64,000 nucleotides of DNA from assembly GCA_965644295.1 (NCBI GenBank), contig CBFFRP010000196.1, positions 1 to 64,000 of the forward strand, read 5' to 3'. Origin of the DNA: Paraphysomonas bandaiensis (Eukaryota; Protista; Chrysophyceae). Of the stretch, positions 39,774 to 51,553 are shown one piece after another. The translations under genes and the position numbers were made by a program. Position 1 is the stretch's first letter. The number at the start of each line of letters is the position of its first letter. Below the pieces are notes generated by a model that was not told the DNA's origin, did not search any database, and saw only the letters and a list, made by a program, of their open reading frames with translations.

Positions 39774-40643
39774 GGGATTTATTTTTCGACCTAGTCGATT
39801 TGGTGGAATTTCCTAGTCACACCAAAATTGGAGTAAAAACCTAGTCAAAAGTTTGAAAACCCTAGTCATTAAATAATTAGATTTTTAACTTTACAATGAC
39901 TAGGTTGACTAGGTGGAATAGGGTATTCACCTAGTCAAACGTGGGAGCATACTCTACAAATATTGCATGCATGCAATATGCAATGTGCATCATATATTTC
40001 AGCATCGTATCTTAGGATGGACAAATATCTCATCAGGGGCATCAGAGAACCGACGCTGCCATCGAAACCCTTTCTCGCTCTTGTATACCAGCACCAATCC
40101 AAGCATATACATATCTCCAGGCACTCGAATTATTGCAAGGACTGCCGCCTTTCAGGCATAATGGAGCTTGACAATAAAGTTCCCTGACGATAACATTAAG
40201 ATATGTACAGGACAATATATATCTCGTACACACCTCCCAAGTGATGTGCACCTATAGGCAACAGTGAAACGAAGTTGCACAGAGAAAAAATATAGTAGGG
40301 GGCTATTGCTCCACAATCGAGGACATTAGTAGTACTGAGGTACCTATGATAGTACATAACACAATGATTAGCACTCACAAGATTGTAAATATATATACTG
40401 GAGAATATATGTCTCGCACATACCTCGCAAGTGATGTACGGATATGTTGTGTGGTGTGTGCACGTATCTTAGACAGTCGCAATGTGTAATCAATGGATAT
40501 AAGAACGACTAGGTTTAATACTATATTTGGCTAGGTTAAGTCATTTATGGCTTTGACTAGGCTTTTACACCGAAAATGGAATGACTAGGAAATTCCACCC
40601 AATTGACTAGGTTGAATAATATATCCCTTGAATAATATATCCC
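39774..40643. mobile_element. Non-autonomous TIR DNA transposon (about 870 bp)
   Basis: Imperfect TIRs of about 46 bp (GGGAT.TATT.TTC.ACCTAGTC.ATT.GGTGGAATTTCCTAGTCA) and many subterminal CCTAGTC/GACTAGG motifs at both ends. Confidence 0.75.
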
Positions 40644-40761
40644 AATTAAGTTGATCTGTACCATGAACGGTGAATTGTTAGAAGCAATTATCTTGTAACA
40701 ATGCTTCCGTGACTTTCATCTAGAAGTAAATATATACTCGTTACTGGCTAACTACATGTAT

Positions 40762-40828
40762 CAGGGCTAGGGAACAATATATTGAATTGCAATATATAAT
40801 ATATTATATATATTGTACCCTAGCCCTG
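40762..40828. mobile_element. 67-bp hAT-type MITE
   Basis: TIR CAGGGCTAGGG.ACAATATAT / ATATATTGT.CCCTAGCCCTG. The flanks ACATGTAT and ATATGTAT form a 7/8 match to an 8-bp TSD. Confidence 0.7.
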
Positions 40829-41101
40829 ATATGTATCACATATGCATATGTGGGCGACATACTATTAATGAAGAAAAGTGAGATCATGCCGTAACAAAAT
40901 CAAAGGGCGCGTCTTTTTAAAATTACAACGCCACATTACGCTCCCTTCTAATAACGTAACTTGCAACAATTTCATTCACTTCGAAGCAATATAAAGAATC
41001 GTCGATTGTGATGAAAAACTCCACGGCTATCACTCACATTAATTTCCAGGCCCAATTGCATATGAACAGTGCATGCTTAATACATAGTGCTATATAAGTC
41101 A

Positions 41102-41951
41102 TTATACTTCCATAGGGCCGTCGTAATAGTCTCGAGCATCAGCTTTAGAGTCTCCGTCCAGTACTTCTCTGTAGCCATACACATGCCGTGCCACTACATC
41201 AACGGATATTAAATAATAAACAGCATAAATTAACCACATACTCTGAGAAATAGAACATGGGCAACAGAAGAAAGCAATCAGAAATTCAAGGAAACAGCCA
41301 TATTGTGCGATGTTATACTTCTTGACAACATGAAAGCGAAGGGCCATAGCTAGGAAAAATACGATGAAAAATGGAACCAGATAAACAATATTTCCAAAGA
41401 AAATTGCCAATATCGATATGATAATGTAGATGATGATATAAGGCATTATGATAGTATCGAATCGCAAGTAACCAGTTTTATGGGCAACTGCAAAAAAAAA
41501 TGTGAGCGAAAAAACTACTGAGCGGATATTAATACGCACTCTGAGCTACCAGCCAGCCTCCGAACACAACACACAGGCAACCACAACTAGGCCATAAGTT
41601 ACTAGCCCAGTTGCATATGTCATCCTTCCATCTTCCTGTAGTGTTCAGCAGCATAATTACACATATGTATATATATAAATGTATATTAGTACACCAGTTG
41701 CATAAGTACGTCATATTATACATATATATATCCAATGAGTCACCTTGAGGGGGTCCGGGATTAGAGGGACGCACAAGATTGGCACTGGCATTCTGGGAGA
41801 ATGTTCCTGTAGCTGTATATCCCGTTGCAGGGTTAGCAGGTGATGCCTCGACATAATAGGCATGTGAGGGGGGGTTGGCTGTGCCTACTTGTATGGGACT
41901 TGCCACTTGAGTATTGGTACTACTAGTTTGTACGGGAATACTTTTATCCAT
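41102..41951 (-). CDS. PLAC8-family Cys-rich membrane protein, multi-exon
   Basis: GRWKDDICNW...SCGC...LVAQ, LRFHVVKKYNI, and AFFCCPCSISQ followed after an intron by ARHVYGY. GT-AG introns link ORFs 41529..41951 and 41102..41539. Confidence 0.85.
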
Positions 41952-42230
41952 AGATTTCTTGTAGGAATAGATGTGTATTAGTGTATATGACTGATTGTCT
42001 TAAGATTTTAATGTTTAATAGTGAATCATATATGTATGTATGTATGTATGTACTGCTGTATATGCATACAAAAATACGATAAATACAACACCAAAATAAT
42101 GTTCATACTATTTCTGGAATCTTCCCGGTGCCGAAAAATGGTAGTTTTGGTAGAAAAGTATCTAGAATACCCCACTTTTGGAACGAATATGATCTTTCCC
42201 TTGCACAACAACAGTACATACAGCAGAGTA

Positions 42231-45224
42231 CCGACAACAGCATCGGAGGGGCAGCACCCACATCGGAGGGGCAACATCCGTAGTCCCGTTTTTGTGTTCT
42301 GTACGTGAATATTAGTATGATCGAATGGGGATGGCGGGCTCTTCATATCTACACACCACATCCAAATAAGCATATCTTCATATTTAAACTATTCGGAATG
42401 TACTGTTGTGTTGTTGTGCCCACTGTAGAAACTTAATTTTATCGATTTTATGCTGTAATGATGCAGGAAAACCACCCAAATAATGACCACAGTGGGGACC
42501 ACACAATCCCATTATCATGAAGTGCTCGTGACAATCATACATCCCTACTAGATGAAGACTGTCCCCTGGATGATTTGTCATTAGATATCTTTTGAAGGAG
42601 CTTCAGAAAGAGCTATCAGCGGATGAGGTATACGACGAAAAGTGTTTACATGAAGCTCTTCTGCAGCAGTGCAGGGCAACTATGAAAGGAAGGATATATG
42701 CAAAGATATCCAAAGAGAATGGGGAAATGGAGGGAGAAACAAAACTAGGAGACAAGATTTGAAGATAGGTGGCATTGAATATATATCATTATGCTTTATC
42801 ATGAAGACTTTAAAGCGAACTAGAATTTAAGGACATACATACTTCCCTTGCAGTAAGTTGTAAGACGAAGTTGTTTGTGAGTATGGATTTCATGATATAT
42901 ACAACTAATGTGGTGTACGTTGTAGATCGCCGTAATGATATTGCTTTTTGGTCAATAGTACATACTTAAATCATCGTATGCCTTATTTGCATAAACCATT
43001 TGATGTAACCTAAAACTGTAATGATGTATGTTATACTTTCCGTGTAGTAAGCTATTTATGCATGTATATTGCATGATGTAACAAATGTAATGTATGCTGT
43101 AGGCCGCTGCAATGATATTCGAATTTGTTTTTGTTAATTGCACATACTCAAACCTTCGTATGTCACAACTATTTGTCTAACGTTATCTCGCAGCAACAAT
43201 TTCTAGCGAGCATGTGCAAGCAGGCTAGGGACTATTTATTATAGTTTACAGACAATCGTTTCAATGTACTCATGCTAAGGTATAGCAAGTAGCTATGTAA
43301 CGCTTGTAAAATGTTTATATGTGCGCGAATAATAAGACGAAAAACGGTTATACTGCTTGCTGCCTGGCCTCGTAAGCAATCTGTTTCGTGCAGGTACATG
43401 GAATTTTTTTCATACTATTCCTGGGCAATTTATTTCATACATCGTTTAGATGTTTCAAAAGTTGTTTCAATTCAGATACTTTTAAAAAAGGTTAGTACGT
43501 TTCTACTTAATACACTTTTTAAACAAAACATGGTTCAGCTAGAATACTTCTCATTTGTTCATCCAAAACATGTTAAAACTAAAATATTTTTCAAAGAAGA
43601 CATGTTACAACTAAAACACTTTTCAAACAAGACATGTTACAGCTGAAACACTTTTCAAACAAAACATGTTTCAACTAATATACTTCAAAAACGTTTAACT
43701 CAGATACTCTTCAACGATGATATGTTTCAAGGAAAACAAGAGCTTCAGCTAATTCTCCAGCGACTGCTTCAAACTTCTGTCTTATTGCTTCAGCTCCTAC
43801 TCTTTTCTTGGTCACTTTCTCAGCCTTATACTGCTCTGGAGATAAGGAATTAAACCTGTCCTTCTCTGATTACCTTCCCAACAGAGCCTAAGCCGCCTTC
43901 GCATGTTTCGCCAAAGCTGCGGCATTATTTCTTTCTTCTCACCCCTCCTCCTTGCAAAATTTCTCCACTATATCAGGGTCTTAACAAGCCTTTTCCTACT
44001 TGTACCTAGACACAGTTTGGCAGGTAGTAAATATTTTAGACTTTAAAATTTAGACAAATGACGTACAGGGGTGAGGTTGTCCCGTTTTATAATAGTGTTA
44101 GATGCAACGGCTCTTCGTCTTATTATTCGCGCACATATAAACATTTTACAAGCGTTACATAGCTACTTGCTATACCTTAGCATGAGTACATTGAAACGAT
44201 TGTCTGTAAACTATAATAAATAGTCCCTAGCTTGCTTGCACACGCTCGCTAGAAATTGCTGCTGCGAGATAACGTTAGACAAATAGTTGTGACATACGAA
44301 GGTTTGAGTATGTGCAATTAACAAAAACAAATTCGAATATCATTGCAGCGGCCTACAGCATACATTACATTTGTTACATCATGCAATATACATGCATAAA
44401 TAGCTTACTACACGGAAAGTATAACATACATCATTACAGTTTTAGGTTACATCAAATGGTTTATGCAAATAAGGCATACGATGATTTAAGTATGTACTAT
44501 TGACCGAAATGCAATATCATTACGGCGATCTACAACGTACACCACATTAGTTGTATATATCATGAAATCCATACTCACAAACAACTTCGTCTTACAACTT
44601 ACTGCAAGGGAAGTATGTATGTCCTTAAATTCTAGTTCGCTTTAAAGTCTTCATGATAAAGCATAATGATATATATTCAATGCCACCTATCTTCAAATCT
44701 TGTCTCCTAGTTTTGTTTCTCCCTCCATTTCCCCATTCTCTTTGGATATCTTTGCATATATCCTTCCTTTCATAGTTGCCCTGCACTGCTGCAGAAGAGC
44801 TTCATGTAAACACTTTTCGTCGTATACCTCATCCGCTGATAGCTCTTTCTGAAGCTCCTTCAAAAGATATCTAATGACAAATCATCCAGGGGACAGTCTT
44901 CATCTAGTAGGGATGTATGATTGTCACGAGCACTTCATGATAATGGGATTGTGTGATCCCCACTGTGGTCATTATTTGGGTGGTTTTCCTGCATCATTAC
45001 AGCATAAAATCGATAAAATTAAGTTTCTACAGTGGGCACAACAACACAACAGTACATTCCGAATAGTTTAAATATGAAGATATGCTTATTTGGATGTGGT
45101 GTGTAGATATGAAGAGCCCGCCATCCCCATTCGATCATACTAATATTCACGTACAGAACACAAAAACGGGACTACGGATGTTGCCCCTCCGATGTGGGTG
45201 CTGCCCCTCCGATGCTGTTGTCGG
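42231..45224. mobile_element. Foldback element: 1111-bp inverted arms (42231..43341 and 44114..45224) around a 772-bp spacer
   Basis: Arms are near-identical reverse complements (about 6 mismatches seen by eye), and mirrored ORFs sum to coordinate 87455. The flanks carry a direct duplication AGTA (or GAGTAC if the ends are taken 1 bp inward). Confidence 0.92.
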
Positions 45225-45671
45225 AGTACGAAGTTGTCGTACTTGTAGCTTCGTATGTACTCTGTGTGCATGTACTGATGATTGATGTACTGATGTACGT
45301 ATCTATATATAAGGTATGAAGGTACGTCACAGTTATTTGGCGGGATGAAGGTGAAGTACACCAACTACCAACTACGTCGTACAATCATACAACACAACTC
45401 CATATATATATGCATACACATATTCATCGAACTCTATATGAGGATGCTATAATCTTCCATTCAATATAACAGTGATATATTTCATATCATACTAATACCA
45501 CCTCATATTAAATAAACACTACACTCAAATCCATTTTAAATTAATGATATCTCATTAATATACCCTTTTTATATATTTCAATTATAAAATAAGATTAAAC
45601 TAATCCAATCTTTATGAGCTTGTATTATTACAAGCTGATATTATGGAGTAACTAGAGATATTTTATTATCA

Positions 45672-48050
45672 ATGGGAAATTGTAGTGGTAAACAAGATAA
45701 AAGTCTCAAAGAGCAAAATATGCCAAATGAAGTAGATAAACAATCAAGTTATTCACATACTGAAATATTGAAGAAAGACGAAGTAAAGAAAGACGAAGTG
45801 AAAAAAGACGAAGTGAAAAAAGACGAAGTGAAGAAAGACGAAGTGAAAAATCAACCAATGAACGTCTCATCATCACATAATTCATCAAATAATAACCAAT
45901 CACAACAACGTATACGACCTCCATCAGTGAATACAAATACAGATGGGGAAATCACTTCCAATGTATCACTTAATCATCCTCCCACACCACAACAATTAGC
46001 TGCTGTTCAACGTATACAACGTTTAGCACGTAATAAGAGTGCATGGAAATTAGCACAAGCTGAAAGAGAATGGAAGGTTTGGTATTGATAGTCATTTCTA
46101 TTCATATTTCTAATAGTTTTCATATAGATATTTAGTGATTTGGATACACAAGATGAAGCTGATATGTTAAATCTTGCATGTTTTATGCAAACTTTATTGG
46201 ATTGGGTACCTGGTAATGAAGAAAGTGAACCAATGCGACAAATAAGTGTAGATATGGATGAAGATATTGCTAGTACAGTGGGTGGATCAGATATGGAGGG
46301 TGTACTTGATTTAGATAATATACAACTCTCTGTTGGTGGGGAAACAATACATGGAAATGTTAAAGATTTTGCTCTACCAAAAGGGACTATTACATCCAGT
46401 GTTGCAGAAAAAATTGTTGCGGTATATCGAAGACAAGGTCGACTTAATATTAAATCAATCCAAAAAATATTGCGAGTAGTGTACAAATCCCTCAAGGACC
46501 GCCCAAACATCTCCGAGGTGAAAGTAAAGCGTGGGGAGAAACTGACTGTCGTAGGGGACATTCACGGACAGCTTGGGGATTTGCTTCACATTTTGGACGA
46601 GTCTGGTTGGCCCAGTGCGACCAACAAGTACATATTCAATGGTGATTTTGTTGATCGCGGACAGCAAGGAGTGGAAGTTGTTGTCGTGCTACTCGCACTG
46701 TACGCTGCCATGCCTGAGTTTGTCTATCTCAACCGCGGGAATCACGAGGATCATGCGATTTGCTGCGTGTACGGGTTCCAACGGGAGTGTAAGGAGAAGT
46801 ATGACGAACTAACTTTCGGGATGTTCGTTGAGGTCTTCCGCCATATTCCACTCTTCGCCTGTATCAACGATGCCATATTTGTTGTGCATGGGGGGCTCTT
46901 TCACGATGTAAATGCAAAGCTCTCAGATCTTAATGAGATCGACCGCAGTGATTACATGGCTAAACCTCCGATCCCCTATCCGGACTGTACTGAGGGCCTG
47001 AGCCCACAGGACGCCCGCAAGGAATACCTGAAACAGCTGCAGAGAGATGCATTATGGTCTGACCCAAGCGACACCGAGGTGTTATCTAAAAACCAACGTG
47101 GATCAGGGGTTGTGTTCGGCCCAGAGGTCGCAAGACGATTTCTAACCAACAATGGTCTGAGCATGGTAATTCGCTCCCATGAATGCGTTCGTCATGGCTT
47201 CGACCTGCCTTACAGTGGAACAGCCCGCAACCTTTTGGGTACCATATTTTCCGCTTCCAACTATTGTGGTGGACAGAACGATGCTGCGTACCTCGTGTTT
47301 GCGACGCATCGAATGAGTAACTCTACTGCTGTGCCAGGCTCCGAGCTATTTTACACTGTTCATACATACCATATGAATGACGCATCCGAGTCTCTAAAGG
47401 ATGCAAATAAAATGTCCCTTCATGAGCTCATCATTCGCCGCAAGAAGGCTCTCATTCAAGCCTACGAGACCGCTGACTCTGATAACACGGGTATGATAAC
47501 GAAGCTCACTTGGGCAGAGATTATGCAGCGTGTAACCGGACTTAAAATTCTGTGGTTGGGGACCATTCAGAATCTCGCTCCTAGTGCTGTTCATGGAAAC
47601 TTCATCGACTACAACGACTTCCTCAACACATTCAGTATGCACCGCTCGACCAAAAATGGAGAAAGTGTTGACATCAGCGTGCTGTCGATGGACTCTATGT
47701 ATGGACAACGCAGCAAGCTTGAGGCGGTATTCCATTTCTTTGATAAAAATGGGGATGGTACAATATCGCGGGAGGAGTTTAGACTTGGCTGCGATTTCAT
47801 GAACACTACTCTCCCCCCCGACCAGCAGCTAAAGGACTATGACCATGTGCTCACACTTATGGATTTCGACCAGAGTGATTCCATCGACCTCAATGAATTC
47901 TTTGAGGTAGAACCACTTCTTAATTTTGTGTCAACGTTCTTCTTACCATGTATGTAATAGGTATTCCGTATTCTTGATGCCAAAGATGGATGTGTGGACG
48001 GTGTGCTGTCACTTGCAGACAGTCGACGGTCTCTCCTCAATGCTAACTGA
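45672..48050 (+). CDS. PPEF: Serine/threonine protein phosphatase with EF-hands (PPEF/rdgC family), 3 exons
   Basis: PPP motifs GDIHGQ, NGDFVDRG, RGNHE, HGG, LWSDP, RSHE and FSASNY. N-terminal IQ (AAVQRIQRLAR). EF-hands DSDNTGMI, DKNGDGTISREEF and DFDQSDSIDLNEF. MGNC acylation-type start. Confidence 0.93.
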
Positions 48051-49219
48051 TTTTGTTTTTTTTATTCGCTCTCCTGTGATTAGCGTGTGATATGTATGCG
48101 ACAAAAACTAGAAAAATTTATCCTTTGAGCTTGTGAATGTCGTTTAACGAGGAACGTATACCTTTACATGTTCAGTTGCTCATAGTGGTAGCAGTAGTTA
48201 ACTATTTCAATTCGATCCATGATGCATAGTATTGAGGATATTAAATACTAAAAATTATCACTGTTTAGTACGATGACCATAAGTGCTGTTGATAATTGCA
48301 TGACTGTATGACTGCAAAAAATGTGCGAAATTGATAATGAAGTTTATTCGTATTGTTTAGTTTTGATGTAAGCTGAGCAATTAAACACTTCAACTCATGT
48401 TTTATGTTTTTTAGCTATAGTAGTCAACGTTGATCAATAAAGTAGCAAGATGCAATGAACGACGAGAAGTGTTTATCACAACTTTTAATTAGTGTGGTGT
48501 TTACAGTTTACATCAGGGCCTGGTAACTAATGATTGTGGCTTCTCTACGTTTGTGTAATATAATGAAATCACGTACATATGACTGTCATTATCATAATTA
48601 AGATAGAAGTGAGCTTCCTCTGTTGAACCGAATATTGAAGTTGAATGTCTATATTTGCCCGGTGCTGGTATGAGCAATGAGCGCCCTGTTGAGCCCAAAT
48701 CAGATCAAAAAAAAGCTTTTTTGAGAAAAATTATTTAGCCCGCACCGCAGGTGCGGGATCCCGCACCCTTGTTTTTACACAAAGGCCGCACAGCAAGTGC
48801 GCCCATCGAGTGATCCAATCAGCAGAGTGCATCATAGCATAGTGCATCATATCACATGCATCGAGTATATGTATATAGTAATATGACGAGGCAGCCATAT
48901 GCAGCAGATACACGTTAATGAGTGCTTGAATGATAGGTGATAACATGTTGCTACCATCTTATTTCATGAAACTGTGAGATGAGATATGCAGTTACTGGAC
49001 GAGGTTTATAAGGCTGTATGGAGAGGAACTGTGAAGGGCTGTATATTATGGTATGAAGTGATTTGATATGGATATCAATGATTGAATTCCAGGTGGGAGC
49101 ATCATGCTCCCATCATCCTATTTAAAGTGTCAGGTATGTAGAGAGATGAGAAGTGGTACATTTGAAGGAATAGAAGGCTGTATATCATGCATGCACTATG
49201 TTGTGTGATGGTATATGAT

Positions 49220-50153
49220 ATGCTGAATGTTGTCATGGTTTATTATGCTGTTGTAGGCGCAATGACGTTTATACTTACCGGTGCAAGAGGGATGCCTAAG
49301 CGACACAAGCGCCCGGCTGCCCCTGTACCATCTTGCAGTGAATATGTGTCATGTTGTGTAAGGGTATGCAGTATGGCTGTATGTGATAAGAATTCTGAAC
49401 GGTGTGGAATAATAAAATGCTGAAGGCTGTGATGGTTTATTATGCTGTTGTAGGCGCAATGACGTTTATACTTACCGGTGCAAGAGGGATGCCTAAGCGA
49501 CACAAGCGCCCGGCTGCCCCTGTTCCATCTTGCAGTGAATATGTGTCATGTTGTGTAAGGGTATGCAGTATGGCTGTATGTGATAAGAATTCTGAACGGT
49601 GTGGAATAATAAAATGCTGAACGCTGTGATGGTTGATTATACTGTTGTATGCTCTGTAAATAATGATACGATGTATTCCAATTACTAATGAATCATTAAT
49701 TATAAGGGTACAGTATAAAAAGTTGATGGAGTGGTTATAAATGAATACATATAGGCATTCTACAGATTACTAACATCAGACTGTGTCGAATAATAAAATG
49801 CTGCACGCTGTAATGGTTGATTATACTGTTGTATGCTCTGTAAATAATGATACGATGTATTCCAATTACTAATGAATCATTAATTATAAGGGTACATTAT
49901 AAAAAGTTGATGGAGTGGTTATAAATGAATACATATAGGCATTCTACAGATTACTAACATCAGACTGTGTCGAATAATAAAATGCTGAACGCTGTAATGG
50001 TTGATTATACTGTTGTATGCTCTGTAAATAATGATACGATGTATTCCAATTACTAATGAATCATTAATTATAAGGGTACATTATAAAAAGTTGATGGAGT
50101 GGTTATAAATGAATACATATATTGGCATTCTACAGATTACTAACATCAGACTG
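49220..50153 (+). repeat. Five-unit tandem array (197, 197, 184, 184 and about 172 bp) with a shared head sequence
   Basis: Unit starts (atgctg) at 49220, 49417, 49614, 49798 and 49982. Units 1-2 share one body and units 3-5 share another. Confidence 0.92.
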
Positions 50154-50230
50154 AAGTTTCCTTTTCTTTGTCCTTGGAATAATGTTACCATCACTGTCCC
50201 TTCGTGCACTCATTGCATCATATATACTGT

Positions 50231-51067
50231 TTATGTATTTCTTAGAGGCTTTTTTTTGGGGTGAAACTTGTCGTAATTTTCCTGACCAAATAAATCAACA
50301 ATAACACGCAATTCAACCTTTTCAGCTATGCATTTTAAATTACTCTTCCATTCTCTGTACGAAGTAGACTGACTTGCCATACAGGGTTTCGGCTCATCAA
50401 GAAAACGTTTCTCGTCATCGTACAATAGGCCGAGTCCTTTAGTCAATACTCGATTTAGTTTTTTCTGTTTGTTGACGTTGTCTACCATAGGGTATACAGT
50501 AAATCATAGATATGTGAAGTATGTCCACTTACCGGAGAAATCAGATGCCCGATGTATAATGTATTCACCTATGCGCTTCATTAGTTCTTTCCCCACTGGA
50601 CTTGTTTTCTCTGATATACGCACTCCTTGTGCGATACACCGCTTGATAATATGCTTTGATACTGCCGCTCTCACATCTTTGTACCACAGCTCATTGGAGC
50701 TGCTTAATAACTCATTTCTTTTAAATCGCTTCGTCAGCGCAGTCTTCGTGTCTGACAAATACTGCCAAGCAGTACCTAGGGTCAAAGGCTTCTTCGTTGT
50801 TCCATGGACGGCGTGATCGATCAAAAAGCCACCGAAACATTGAAATAGTTCTACATTTATATCACTGTCTATGAGTTCCTTATACCTCTTCTTCCCGTCG
50901 AACCGCATCTCCAAGTACTTCGCAAACTGAGCTAACGCAGAGGAGTTACGATTTTTGGTTTCCCCATCACCGACTTTTCTAATGCCCCCTGTGGTAGTTG
51001 ATTCCGTGGTAGTTGATTCCGTGGTAGTTGATTCCGTGGTAGTTGATTCCGTGGTAGTTGATTCCAT
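50231..51067 (-). CDS. Tyrosine-recombinase N-terminal (core-binding) domain-like protein lacking a catalytic domain, 2 exons
   Basis: SALAQFAKYL...FGGFL...LTLGTAWQYLSDTKTALTKRF...WYKDVR resembles Crypton/integrase N-terminal helices. Intron 50532..50482 (gtaagt...ggtag) joins it in frame to ORF 50231..50488. N-terminal (ESTTT)5 repeat. Confidence 0.55.
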
Positions 51068-51553
51068 GCTACTATGATATGTTCTCGCTGTTATTATGTT
51101 CTGTATGTATGATACCATGCTGTGATGAGAGAGCTCCTCCTTCAACACCCACCTCCCTGGATCTATTACTCACCAGCAACACCATACATACCACTGGTCA
51201 CTCATCATCACCACTTATATAGTTCCACACCATTATGGTGCGGGCTTGAGTACGGTACCTTCCACATTTTACAGACAAAATGGGGATAATAATATTCCCG
51301 CCTTTGCTGTTCACTTACTCCGACTCAAGTACAAGAGGCAATGTCCCACAAATGTCTGAGATGACTAGCACTACGTAGGACGGATAACTAATTACAAACT
51401 AAAGCAAACGGGAACGCAACTACCATAACAATTACATTGTCAAATTATTATAATAAAGAGTAATATTTCCAGCTACTACGTCGCTTTCATCATTATCTTG
51501 AATATCAAGCACTTATCCGTGTTCATTCGTATAGCAATGAGTTCAACGTCTGT

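Larger units (their letters stand above)
48737..51246 (-). mobile_element. Putative Crypton-like (tyrosine-recombinase-derived) non-autonomous element
   Basis: Bounded by inverted 10-mers AGCCCGCACC (48737) and GGTGCGGGCT (51237). It contains a recombinase core-binding-like ORF and a tandem array. Confidence 0.5.

Noticed and set aside
42026-45384. Mirrored short ORFs in the foldback arms as genes
   Set aside because: They are short, motif-free and simply reflect the inverted duplication.
49220-50153. CRISPR array
   Set aside because: Spacers are about 150 bp and duplicated, there are no cas genes, and the context is eukaryotic.
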